The notes under the pieces: generated by a model
What the model saw: only the letters and a program-made list of their open reading frames with translations
Databases searched by the model: none
Told to the model about the DNA's origin: nothing
Shown here: positions 25,742-39,341 of the stretch, piece by piece
Layout of the letters: every line of letters starts with the position of its first letter
Position numbering within the stretch: the stretch's first letter is position 1
Made by a program: the position numbers and the translations under genes
DNA from: Eledone cirrhosa
Lineage: Eukaryota
Assembly (NCBI GenBank): GCA_964016885.1
Contig: OZ024744.1
Span: forward strand, 52,638,001 to 52,702,000
Direction of reading: 5' to 3'
DNA: 64,000 nt

Positions 25742-26334
25742 CACACATGCCTGTGGGTGTCTGTGCGTGTGCGAACCTATACACATACCCACACACATAT
25801 ATATATACTTACATGCATACACACACACACACACATTTATATATATATGGGGAGACAGTAATACATTATTTATGCATGTGTAATCTATATCTGTGTATGC
25901 ATTTTGTCTGGGTCTTTATTAATGCATCACAGTTCGTGTATATAGCGTTTATATGTGTGTTTGTAAAAAAATGCATACTCTTGATTGTGTTAATTCAAAT
26001 TATTGCAGTAGAATTAATTATTCAATCAATCTGATTAGACTAAGAATCATAGAGATTAGTGAGGTTAGGTCTTTTTACTACTGGTTGGAAACAACAATTC
26101 ATTGGTCTTTATAATATACGGCTCCTCTCACTCCACAACACACACAATACAATAGAGGGAGATTGTTCAATTATTATTTCATATGGGCTGATAAAAATAC
26201 ATGATTAATATATTCATTCTACAGAATATTTCCCACCATTTCTATATAAAGAATCTCTTTCTCTGTTTCTCTTTCTCTCTCTCCCCCTCTCTCTTTCTTT
26301 ATTTCTCTCTCTGTATATATATATATATATATAT

Positions 26335-26425
<91 letters not shown>

Positions 26426-26646
26426 CAGAGTAATAGAAGCATTATAAACTCTATATCACAGTAAAGCAATCAACTAACTGGCAAACACATATATAATGTA
26501 TGTTTATGCATTGTACATGCGTATATATATATATATGTATACATATTCTATTGTACGCTTATGCATTTGTATACATGAATAGTAACATATGTATATAGAA
26601 CATACGGTATTTACATACATAATAAATAATTTCTTCTATTTGTTAG

Positions 26647-26723
26647 TCTGTGACAAACAAAGCAAGAGTGGTATCTGGGGTCTCTTTAACGGCCACTTCG
26701 ACTGGGCTATTGATTACTGCCAG
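26647..26723 (+). CDS. Weak candidate host exon (unassigned)
   Basis: Acceptor TTTCTTCTATTTGTTAG and donor CAG|GTGAAA flank an open frame CDKQSKSGIWGLFNGHFDWAIDYCQ in locally higher-GC unique sequence. No family recognised. Confidence 0.2.
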
Positions 26724-27436
26724 GTGAAATTGGTGCAGTTAATGATTTTTATCCGCCATTACTTTAAGCATGTAACATATCTTTGTGATTTATATTCTCC
26801 TTCAACAATCTCTGTCTTTAGATAACATGTCTGTCATAGAATTTAGTTTCATGCATGTAAATATATCTTCATATCGTATATCATAATACTAAGTAATAAA
26901 TAAAGTAAAACTAAAATAACGGCCATCACTCGCAATCGAGTATGACTTTGTAACATGCACTATACTTTCACTAAGGGTTTTAGGAATCCATGTAGTCGCG
27001 TTACAAATATAAGAAACGGGGAGCTGCACCATCACTAGGCTGGTACTTCACCAAAAAGTTGAAAAGCAAAGTGAGTTTCAGTGGAATTTGTATCATACCG
27101 ATGCTCATAATATTCACTAATACATGCACACATAGTTATAGTAACACCAGCGTAAACATAACTTGCTTTAAAAGTTAAGTTACATTCCAAATTATGTTAA
27201 ATCCTGTGATACCTTAAGTAACTGTTTCAACCATGGTCTTGAAACATCCAAATATTTTGGGCGAAATTTGGTGGAGAGAAAGTTTGTCAGTCCATGGTGT
27301 GTGTGTGTGTGCATATGCACACACATGCACTTCACATACATATAAAGCTATTTAGGTAAACCTATCTGTTAGGCTATGACTGGTTTCGGGGTGCATGTTT
27401 TGCTCACCGGCACCCGATATTTTTCCTGCCTAAAGC

Positions 27437-27626
27437 ACCAGTAATACACTGGATAATTGCTGGCCTTGTGCCAAAAGTAGAAACAATTATTATCAGTATC
27501 GATAGAGGGCCGGATGCCATGCTTTGATGCATCGAGTTACGGCCGTTGACATTCTGAGTTTAAATCCCGCCGAGCTTAACTTTGCCTTTCATCCTTACCG
27601 GGTTGATAAAGTAATGTACCAGTAAT
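27437..27626 (+). mobile_element. MetaSINE-like SINE pieces in permuted/tandem order (tail then head+core)
   Basis: The tail CCAGTAATACACTGG..GGCCTTGTGCCAAAAGTAGAAACAATTATT precedes the head/core CAGTATCGATAGAGGGCCGG..GCCTTTCATCC. Confidence 0.65.
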
Positions 27627-28840
27627 GTGGAAATAATTATTGTCTAGTCGTTATTAAAAGAAACACACGAATAATAAAATAGAAACGAAAACAAAACAAA
27701 ACAACAAATTCGTTCGAGGAAAAGGAATCGATAAAATGATACCAGATTTACTAAAATAAGTATTCAGGTCGCCGTGATCAACTAAACCCCTTCAGTATGG
27801 CATCAGTTTAATGTCTGAAGCCAGTAAAAGATGCATATTTTCCTATCTTATTATCTAAACTATTTGAATGAACAAGGGTCATGTAACGTGGTTACGTCAC
27901 CTGTCAGAAATAGCTGCCAAATCCCCCTCAAATCACACTATGTCATATTTTTACAATTCTTTTAATACTCTTTATCAATTCTTTTAATACCCTGTATCAA
28001 TTAAGCAGATAATATCTAAAACTGTGTTTGTTAATTCAACTACTTGCAAGATATTTACTAGTTAACACATTGTTGTGAAAATTTGCAGTTTTAGAGTAAA
28101 GGCTGTAAGATTTAATCTCATGAAGGTACAATTCTGTTTTGAAGCACATTGTCTTGCTAATGGGGTTCATGTGGTACAGGATGTTAAGTTTTAAGAATAT
28201 CTTGAACATATCTTTCATGGTGTAGTTATAGATATAATATGGTTGAATAAAAAGTGGGATACTCACGACTGCAAGTTATTTGAGCATATGACTGCGTGGT
28301 TTGAGTTAACATAGAGATGAACAATAACAACAAAAATAACTAAAGCACAATACTAATGCTACTTATGTCGATCAACGACCGAAATGCTACCTCAGCTTAC
28401 ATTTCTAAATGACTTTTTGTTATTGTTTTGGTCATTGTCGTTTTATTTTTATTTATATTTTAAAACTTTTCTAAGTTTAAGTCTTCTTAACGACACTTTA
28501 TTGAAAATCGATACTGTTATAGGTTATCAGAATAGGTAAATAAGATTTTATTTATTCAAGTATTATTTGGTCTGTCAGCTATATTTTTTTCCTGGCTCAA
28601 TAGCCCACATCAAGCACAAGCTTACAAGTTCATTAATGTTCCTTGTTTCAAAAGCAACACAATCACGATAAATACTCTCACATATTTGTTTTACTCTGAA
28701 CAGTCACTGCCATTCCACATTAACATAGCTTTCTCTTTTTCATTTCGCTTTTGGTTTTAATATATTTTCTTTTATTTTTTCCCAAATTTCGATTTTGCCT
28801 ATTTTATTTGATCATTTTTTTTGTAATTTATTATCATTAC

Positions 28841-28884
<44 letters not shown>

Positions 28885-29075
28885 GTGTTTTTACGTTATT
28901 TTCATTTTATTATCTCTTTCTTCCATTTTATTTATTTATTTTCGGTCAGTAAATCTTCCTTTGCAACCGATAACATCTCTTTCGCATCAATAGACTTCCA
29001 TGATTCACAATTAGATCTATGTTTCAATATAGTATTTTAATTATATCTCTTTACCTTTGCTCTCGCTCTCTGTTT

Positions 29076-29198
<123 letters not shown>

Positions 29199-29250
29199 AT
29201 ATATATATATATACACATACACACACACACACACATATATATATACACAT

Positions 29251-29291
<41 letters not shown>

Positions 29292-29368
29292 ACGAAGGAA
29301 ATGTGGTAAGGAACCAGGTGGACCATAACGCACCAAAGTACTCAATACTTGAGGTAGTAGAGTGGGTA

Positions 29369-29408
29369 ATAGGAACCAGTAAGACCCCGGGGTCTTACTG
29401 GTTCCTAT
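29369..29408. repeat. Perfect 40-bp palindrome
   Basis: ATAGGAACCAGTAAGACCCC|GGGGTCTTACTGGTTCCTAT. Confidence 0.95.
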
Positions 29409-29470
29409 ATATATATTTATATATATATATAAATATATATGTAAATAAATATATATAAATATATATATAA

Positions 29471-29529
<59 letters not shown>

Positions 29530-29562
29530 ATGAATATTTTCGAAACAGCGAGCGGGTTTGAA

Positions 29563-29775
29563 ATTAGAAATATAAACTATCGCCGTATTTTGACTAAAGA
29601 AATCAAAGAAATTATGTAGCCTGATAAAGAGGTTAAGAACCCTCGGAGAGATGGAAAAAGATGAGTATTGACGTATATACTCATCTTTTTTCCATTTCTC
29701 CGAGGGTTCTTAGCCCCACTATGAGGCTAAATAATTTCTTTAATTTCTTTAGTCAAAATACGGCGATAGCTTATA

Positions 29776-29782
<7 letters not shown>
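29563..29782. repeat. ~220-bp fold-back built from a SINE-body sequence
   Basis: Arms TTAGAAATATAAACTATCGCCGTATTTTGACTAAAG... and ...CTTTAGTCAAAATACGGCGATAGCTTATATTTCTAA. The arm is homologous to 41660-41750 and 55720-55810. Confidence 0.85.
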
Positions 29783-29829
<47 letters not shown>

Positions 29830-29836
<7 letters not shown>

Positions 29837-30368
29837 ATAACAGGAGGCTGGACTGGTATAAATCCTTGAAAGGTTTAATATACTATGATTATTTCAATGA
29901 CAGGGTTCCATATGAATCCGGTGATATCATCAGGTATTCGAAATATAACAAAGGAATATGCAAAAAGCCATGGGTCCGAAAAATCAGAGACAGAGAGGAC
30001 GACTGACCAACTAGCTGCTTTCCCCTCGGCCAGTCACCCTCAAAATGGTACCACCTAATGTACTACCACCTCTCCGTTGACTGAGAGGTGGTAGTACATT
30101 ATAAGCCTTCGCCCTCTCACCAGATGGTCATTAGTAGAGCGAGTAGCCACCACTTTGAGGGCGACTGGCAGAGGTGAAAGCAGCTAGTTGGTCAGTCGTC
30201 CTCTCTGTCTCTGATTTTTCGGACCCATGGTTTGTTATATATTCCTTTGTTATATTTCGAATACCTGATGATATCACCGGATTCACATGGAACCCGGTCA
30301 TTGAAATGATCATATTATAATAAACTTTTCAAGGATTTATATCAGTCCAGCTTCCTGTTATTATATTT
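29830..30368. mobile_element. Fold-back element with ~230-bp inverted arms, probably PLE pLTR-derived
   Basis: 29830-30055 is inverted at 30145-30368, with an internal hairpin at 30056-30101. The arms carry a degenerate hammerhead-like motif CTGATGA...GAAC CCGGTC. (TA)n lies directly to the left. Confidence 0.65.
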
Positions 30369-30513
30369 ATAATAATTAACTCCGTATTCGCACCACCAAC
30401 TACACAAATGAAGAAGGGTGAACTGCACAACGTTGAGTACTCTCCACAATATTACGCCAAGATTGACCATACTGAATGACCAATTCTATCCAGTGGTGAA
30501 CCAACATACCTAA

Positions 30514-30589
<76 letters not shown>

Positions 30590-30842
30590 TATATATATAT
30601 ATAAACAGAAAAAATGAAACGAAATTTCATTTCCCACTCTTAGTACGGCTGTTACTTAAATATAAGTATGTATAAGTACATACATATATGTTTACAGGTA
30701 TAGTAGTATGTATATATATAAATATAGACATAGAATATTCGAAAATATTCTGTATGTTTATAATAAACATTTTGAAGACCTAATCGCTATAGAATAGAAT
30801 ACGTCACGTATTACAATTAGATTCTCGATAAAAGCAAGGGAA

Positions 30843-30885
30843 GTAATCTACGCGTTTCATTCTCGTTAGAAATCATCAGGACTAC
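30843..30885 (-). ncRNA. Minimal type I hammerhead ribozyme (first of 13 minus-strand copies, period 310)
   Basis: The reverse complement reads GTAGTC-CTGATGA-TTTCTAACGAGAAT-GAAA-CGC-GTA-GATTAC. Confidence 0.8.
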
Positions 30886-33800
30886 ATATCCAGTGCTTTT
30901 ATCGAGAATGACACAGCTAGAGACTTATAGAATACTTAGCTGTGTACAGGAACTGGTTTGAAAGAGCGGTTGCCGGTCCGGCAGAAATTAGAAATTGGAA
31001 TAAATGCTCTGAAATAGCGATATATATGTGAATATAGACATAGAATATTCGAAAATATTCTGTATGTTTATAATAAACATTTTGAAGACCTAATCGCTAT
31101 AGAATAGAATACGTCACGTATTACAATTAGATTCTCGATAAAAGCAAGGGAAGTAATCTACGCGTTTCATTCTCGTTAGAAATCATCAGGACTACATATC
31201 CAGTGCTTTTATCGAGAATGACACAGCTAGAGACTTATAGAATACTTAGCTGTGTACAGGAACTGGTTTGAAAGAGCGGTTGCCGGTCCGGCAGAAATTA
31301 GAAATTGGAATAAATGCTCTGAAATAGCGATATATATGTGAATATAGACATAGAATATTCGAAAATATTCTGTATGTTTATAATAAACATTTTGAAGACC
31401 TAATCGCTATAGAATAGAATACGTCACGTATTACAATTAGATTCTCGATAAAAGCAAGGGAAGTAATCTACGCGTTTCATTCTCGTTAGAAATCATCAGG
31501 ACTACATATCCAGTGCTTTTATCGAGAATGACACAGCTAGAGACTTATAGAATACTTAGCTGTGTACAGGAACTGGTTTGAAAGAGCGGTTGCCGGTCCG
31601 GCAGAAATTAGAAATTGGAATAAATGCTCTGAAATAGCGATATATATGTGAATATAGACATAGAATATTCGAAAATATTCTGTATGTTTATAATAAACAT
31701 TTTGAAGACCTAATCGCTATAGAATAGAATACGTCACGTATTACAATTAGATTCTCGATAAAAGCAAGGGAAGTAATCTACGCGTTTCATTCTCGTTAGA
31801 AATCATCAGGACTACATATCCAGTGCTTTTATCGAGAATGACACAGCTAGAGACTTATAGAATACTTAGCTGTGTACAGGAACTGGTTTGAAAGAGCGGT
31901 TGCCGGTCCGGCAGAAATTAGAAATTGGAATAAATGCTCTGAAATAGCGATATATATGTGAATATAGACATAGAATATTCGAAAATATTCTGTATGTTTA
32001 TAATAAAAATTTTGAAGACCTAATCGCTATAGAATAGAATACGTCACGTATTACAATTAGATTCTCGATAAAAGCAAGGGAAGTAATCTACGCGTTTCAT
32101 TCTCGTTAGAAATCATCAGGACTACATATCCAGTGCTTTTATCGAGAATGACACAGCTAGAGACTTATAGAATACTTAGCTGTGTACAGGAACTGGTTTG
32201 AAAGAGCGGTTGCCGGTCCGGCAGAAATTAGAAATTGGAATAAATGCTCTGAAATAGCGATATATATGTGAATATAGACATAGAATATTCGAAAATATTC
32301 TGTATGTTTATAATAAACATTTTGAAGACCTAATCGCTATAGAATAGAATACGTCACGTATTACAATTAGATTCTCGATAAAAGCAAGGGAAGTAATCTA
32401 CGCGTTTCATTCTCGTTAGAAATCATCAGGACTACATATCCAGTGCTTTTATCGAGAATGACACAGCTAGAGACTTATAGAATACTTAGCTGTGTACAGG
32501 AACTGGTTTGAAAGAGCGGTTGCCGGTCCGGCAGAAATTAGAAATTGGAATAAATGCTCTGAAATAGCGATATATATGTGAATATAGACATAGAATATTC
32601 GAAAATATTCTGTATGTTTATAATAAACATTTTGAAGACCTAATCGCTATAGAATAGAATACGTCACGTATTACAATTAGATTCTCGATAAAAGCAAGGG
32701 AAGTAATCTACGCGTTTCATTCTCGTTAGAAATCATCAGGACTACATATCCAGTGCTTTTATCGAGAATGACACAGCTAGAGACTTATAGAATACTTAGC
32801 TGTGTACAGGAACTGGTTTGAAAGAGCGGTTGCCGGTCCGGCAGAAATTAGAAATTGGAATAAATGCTCTGAAATAGCGATATATATGTGAATATAGACA
32901 TAGAATATTCGAAAATATTCTGTATGTTTATAATAAACATTTTGAAGACCTAATCGCTATAGAATAGAATACGTCACGTATTACAATTAGATTCTCGATA
33001 AAAGCAAGGGAAGTAATCTACGCGTTTCATTCTCGTTAGAAATCATCAGGACTACATATCCAGTGCTTTTATCGAGAATGACACAGCTAGAGACTTATAG
33101 AATACTTAGCTGTGTACAGGAACTGGTTTGAAAGAGCGGTTGCCGGTCCGGCAGAAATTAGAAATTGGAATAAATGCTCTGAAATAGCGATATATATGTG
33201 AATATAGACATAGAATATTCGAAAATATTCTGTATGTTTATAATAAACATTTTGAAGACCTAATCGCTATAGAATAGAATACGTCACGTATTACAATTAG
33301 ATTCTCGATAAAAGCAAGGGAAGTAATCTACGCGTTTCATTCTCGTTAGAAATCATCAGGACTACATATCCAGTGCTTTTATCGAGAATGACACAGCTAG
33401 AGACTTATAGAATACTTAGCTGTGTACAGGAACTGGTTTGAAAGAGCGGTTGCCGGTCCGGCAGAAATTAGAAATTGGAATAAATGCTCTGAAATAGCGA
33501 TATATATGTGAATATAGACATAGAATATTCGAAAATATTCTGTATGTTTATAATAAAAATTTTGAAGACCTAATCGCTATAGAATAGAATACGTCACGTA
33601 TTACAATTAGATTCTCGATAAAAGCAAGGGAAGTAATCTACGCGTTTCATTCTCGTTAGAAATCATCAGGACTACATATCCAGTGCTTTTATCGAGAATG
33701 ACACAGCTAGAGACTTATAGAATACTTAGCTGTGTACAGGAACTGGTTTGAAAGAGCGGTTGCCGGTCCGGCAGAAATTAGAAATTGGAATAAATGCTCT

Positions 33801-34937
33801 GAAATAGCGATATATATGTGAATATAGACATAGAATATTCGAAAATATTCTGTATGTTTATAATAAACATTTTGAAGACCTAATCGCTATAGAATAGAAT
33901 ACGTCACGTATTACAATTAGATTCTCGATAAAAGCAAGGGAAGTAATCTACGCGTTTCATTCTCGTTAGAAATCATCAGGACTACATATCCAGTGCTTTT
34001 ATCGAGAATGACACAGCTAGAGACTTATAGAATACTTAGCTGTGTACAGGAACTGGTTTGAAAGAGCGGTTGCCGGTCCGGCAGAAATTAGAAATTGGAA
34101 TAAATGCTCTGAAATAGCGATATATATGTGAATATAGACATAGAATATTCGAAAATATTCTGTATGTTTATAATAAACATTTTGAAGAACTAATCGCTAT
34201 AGAATAGAATACGTCACGTATTACAATTAGATTCTCGATAAAAGCAAGGGAAGTAATCTACGCGTTTCATTCTCGTTAGAAATCATCAGGACTACATATC
34301 CAGTGCTTTTATCGAGAATGACACAGCTAGAGACTTATAGAATACTTAGCTGTGTACAGGAACTGGTTTGAAAGAGCGGTTGCCGGTCCGGCAGAAATTA
34401 GAAATTGGAATAAATGCTCTGAAATAGCGATATATATGTGAATATAGACATAGAATATTCGAAAATATTCTGTATGTTTATAATAAACATTTTGAAGACC
34501 TAATCGCTATAGAATAGAATACGTCACGTATTACAATTAGATTCTCGATAAAAGCAAGGGAAGTAATCTACGCGTTTCATTCTCGTTAGAAATCATCAGG
34601 ACTACATATCCAGTGCTTTTATCGGGAATGACACAGCTAGAGACTTATAGAATACTTAGCTGTGTACAGGAACTGGTTTGAAAGAGCGGTTGCCGGTCCG
34701 GCAGAAATTAGAAATTGGAATAAATGCTCTGAAATAGCGATATATATGTGAATATAGACATAGAATATTTTCGAATATTCTATGTCTATATTCACATATA
34801 TATCGCTATTTCAGAGCATTTATTCCAATTTCTAATTTCTGCCGGACCGGCAACCGCTCTTTCAAACCAGTTCCTGTACACAGCTAAGTATTCTATAAGT
34901 CTCTAGCTGTGTCATTCTCGATAAAAGCACTGGATAT

Positions 34938-34980
34938 GTAGTCCTGATGATTTCTAACGAGAATGAAACGCGTAGATTAC
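34938..34980 (+). ncRNA. Minimal type I hammerhead ribozyme (first of 6 plus-strand copies: 34938, 35248, 35558, 35868, 36178, 36488)
   Basis: Stem I GTAGTC/GATTAC, core CUGAUGA, stem II TTCT-AACG-AGAA, GAAA, and palindromic ACGCGT stem III. Predicted cleavage is after GUA at 34974. A distal 16-bp stem ATTCTCGATAAAAGCA/TGCTTTTATCGAGAAT extends stem I. Confidence 0.8.
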
Positions 34981-36759
34981 TTCCCTTGCTTTTATCGAGA
35001 ATCTAATTGTAATACGTGACGTATTCTATTCTATAGCGATTAGGTCTTCAAAATGTTTATTATAAACATACAGAATATTTTCGAATATTCTATGTCTATA
35101 TTCACATATATATCGCTATTTCAGAGCATTTATTCCAATTTCTAATTTCTGCCGGACCGGCAACCGCTCTTTCAAACCAGTTCCTGTACACAGCTAAGTA
35201 TTCTATAAGTCTCTAGCTGTGTCATTCTCGATAAAAGCACTGGATATGTAGTCCTGATGATTTCTAACGAGAATGAAACGCGTAGATTACTTCCCTTGCT
35301 TTTATCGAGAATCTAATTGTAATACGTGACGTATTCTATTCTATAGCGATTAGGTCTTCAAAATGTTTATTATAAACATACAGAATATTTTCGAATATTC
35401 TATGTCTATATTCACATATATATCGCTATTTCAGAGCATTTATTCCAATTTCTAATTTCTGCCGGACCGGCAACCGCTCTTTCAAACCAGTTCCTGTACA
35501 CAGCTAAGTATTCTATAAGTCTCTAGCTGTGTCATTCTCGATAAAAGCACTGGATATGTAGTCCTGATGATTTCTAACGAGAATGAAACGCGTAGATTAC
35601 TTCCCTTGCTTTTATCGAGAATCTAATTGTAATACGTGACGTATTCTATTCTATAGCGATTAGGTCTTCAAAATGTTTATTATAAACATACAGAATATTT
35701 TCGAATATTCTATGTCTATATTCACATATATATCGCTATTTCAGAGCATTTATTCCAATTTCTAATTTCTGCCGGACCGGCAACCGCTCTTTCAAACCAG
35801 TTCCTGTACACAGCTAAGTATTCTATAAGTCTCTAGCTGTGTCATTCTCGATAAAAGCACTGGATATGTAGTCCTGATGATTTCTAACGAGAATGAAACG
35901 CGTAGATTACTTCCCTTGCTTTTATCGAGAATCTAATTGTAATACGTGACGTATTCTATTCTATAGCGATTAGGTCTTCAAAATGTTTATTATAAACATA
36001 CAGAATATTTTCGAATATTCTATGTCTATATTCACATATATATCGCTATTTCAGAGCATTTATTCCAATTTCTAATTTCTGCCGGACCGGCAACCGCTCT
36101 TTCAAACCAGTTCCTGTACACAGCTAAGTATTCTATAAGTCTCTAGCTGTGTCATTCTCGATAAAAGCACTGGATATGTAGTCCTGATGATTTCTAACGA
36201 GAATGAAACGCGTAGATTACTTCCCTTGCTTTTATCGAGAATCTAATTGTAATACGTGACGTATTCTATTCTATAGCGATTAGGTCTTCAAAATGTTTAT
36301 TATAAACATACAGAATATTTTCGAATATTCTATGTCTATATTCACATATATATCGCTATTTCAGAGCATTTATTCCAATTTCTAATTTCTGCCGGACCGG
36401 CAACCGCTCTTTCAAACCAGTTCCTGTACACAGCTAAGTATTCTATAAGTCTCTAGCTGTGTCATTCTCGATAAAAGCACTGGATATGTAGTCCTGATGA
36501 TTTCTAACGAGAATGAAACGCGTAGATTACTTCCCTTGCTTTTATCGAGAATCTAATTGTAATACGTGACGTATTCTATTCTATAGCGATTAGGTCTTCA
36601 AAATGTTTATTATAAACATACAGAATATTTTCGAATATTCTATGTCTATATTCACATATATATCGCTATTTCAGAGCATTTATTCCAATTTCTTATGTAT
36701 ATATATATATACATACATGCACACATACATATATGTACGTATGGATTCACCGAACATTT

Positions 36760-37889
<1,130 letters not shown>

Positions 37890-37903
37890 AGAGAGAGAAA
37901 GAC

Positions 37904-39269
37904 TAATGCCAACTTAGTCATGGCATACTTAGAAGTCCAGATTTATGAACAGTCCAAATCAAAATACGGGTTAAACTTCCACAAATATTTATCAGAGAAT
38001 TGGAAACGCTACTTGGATGATTGTCTCATTCTTTGGCCCCACACACTCGACCAACTGAATGATTTCAAAAATTTAATAAACGGTATCAATAAGCACATCC
38101 AATTAACAATGGAATACAGCCAAGATCAACTCCCATTTCTGGACATCTTAATCTTTAAAAAAGACACAAATATTGAAACTGACATACACTATAAACCAAC
38201 AGATTCCAAACAATACCTGCTATTCACCTCCAACCACCCAAAGCACACGAAGACGAACATTCCTTTTAACCTAGCAAGAAGAATTTGCACAATTGTCTCC
38301 AATTATGAAACGCGAAATAAAAGACTTCAAGAATTAAAGGAAATTCTACTCGAAAGACAGTACCCACCACTACTAATAAATAATGGAATAGAAAGGGCTA
38401 AAATAATAGGCATTGATGAATTACGAAAACAGAAACAAATTCAAGGTACGTCCAATTTCTATCATATATCTCAACACACAACCCAAAAAATGCGGAAGCT
38501 TACAACACTATTCACAAGGAAATCCCACTACTGAAACAAGACCCAAGAATGAAAAAAGCCCTTGAAACACCCAAAATAATCAAAAGCAAAAGACAACCGA
38601 AATCACTGAAAAAATTACTCACCAATGCCAAATTACCTACCACAAACCCACAAGTAACTGTCAAAAAATGTGGTCGCTCTAATTGTGGGACCTGCACTCA
38701 CGTCATTGAAGGAAATACGTATACATTTAAATCAGGACAAAATATTGCTGTAAAAAATCACTTCACTTGCTCATCAAAAAATCTAGTTTATTCCAATAAG
38801 TGTAAAGGATGCAATGAAGATTATATAGGACAAACTAAACTCACACTCAGAAATAGAATGAGAGTTTATCGCCAACAATTACGAGATCCAACCACGAGAC
38901 AGATACCACTAAGCGCACATCTAGACATTTGCGCAAGTAATAAGACACCCGAATTCCAAGTGTTCCCATTTTATCCAAGCGCTGACAATACAACAGAACA
39001 AATACGAATAAATAAGGAAAATATGTTTATTCCAAAATATAGACCAGCATTAAATATGGTTTAATATACATTATGTCAACACCATAACATGCTAACCATC
39101 CAAACAGACACCTACACACACACATAACACCTACTTTAGAAAATAAAAACCCGAACTAAATAAACCTTAACATACGTTTGCGCTGACAATACGACAGAAC
39201 AAATATGTTCATTCAAAAATATTCCTACTAACGGAATCATTTTCCTACACACACACACACGCACGCACG

Positions 39270-39341
<72 letters not shown>

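Larger units (their letters stand above)
30721..36693. repeat. 310-bp tandem array of hammerhead-containing monomers with a central inversion (retrozyme-like)
   Basis: AATATAGACA recurs every 310 bp from 30721 to 34751 (13 units). After the junction at 34770-34773 there are 6 full units plus a partial unit in reverse. Only four SNPs were noticed. Confidence 0.97.

Noticed and set aside
28267-28291. 25-nt minus-strand micro-exon candidate (CAG...GTGAGT)
   Set aside because: Good donor but weak polypyrimidine tract and no supporting neighbouring exons.
30380-30515. Possible PLE RT remnant (PQYYAKI..PILSS..PTY)
   Set aside because: The resemblance is too weak and contains a stop codon, so it cannot be supported by eye.
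30721-36693. CRISPR array interpretation of the regular repeat
   Set aside because: Units are identical over their full 310 bp with no unique spacers, there are no cas genes, and the context is eukaryotic.
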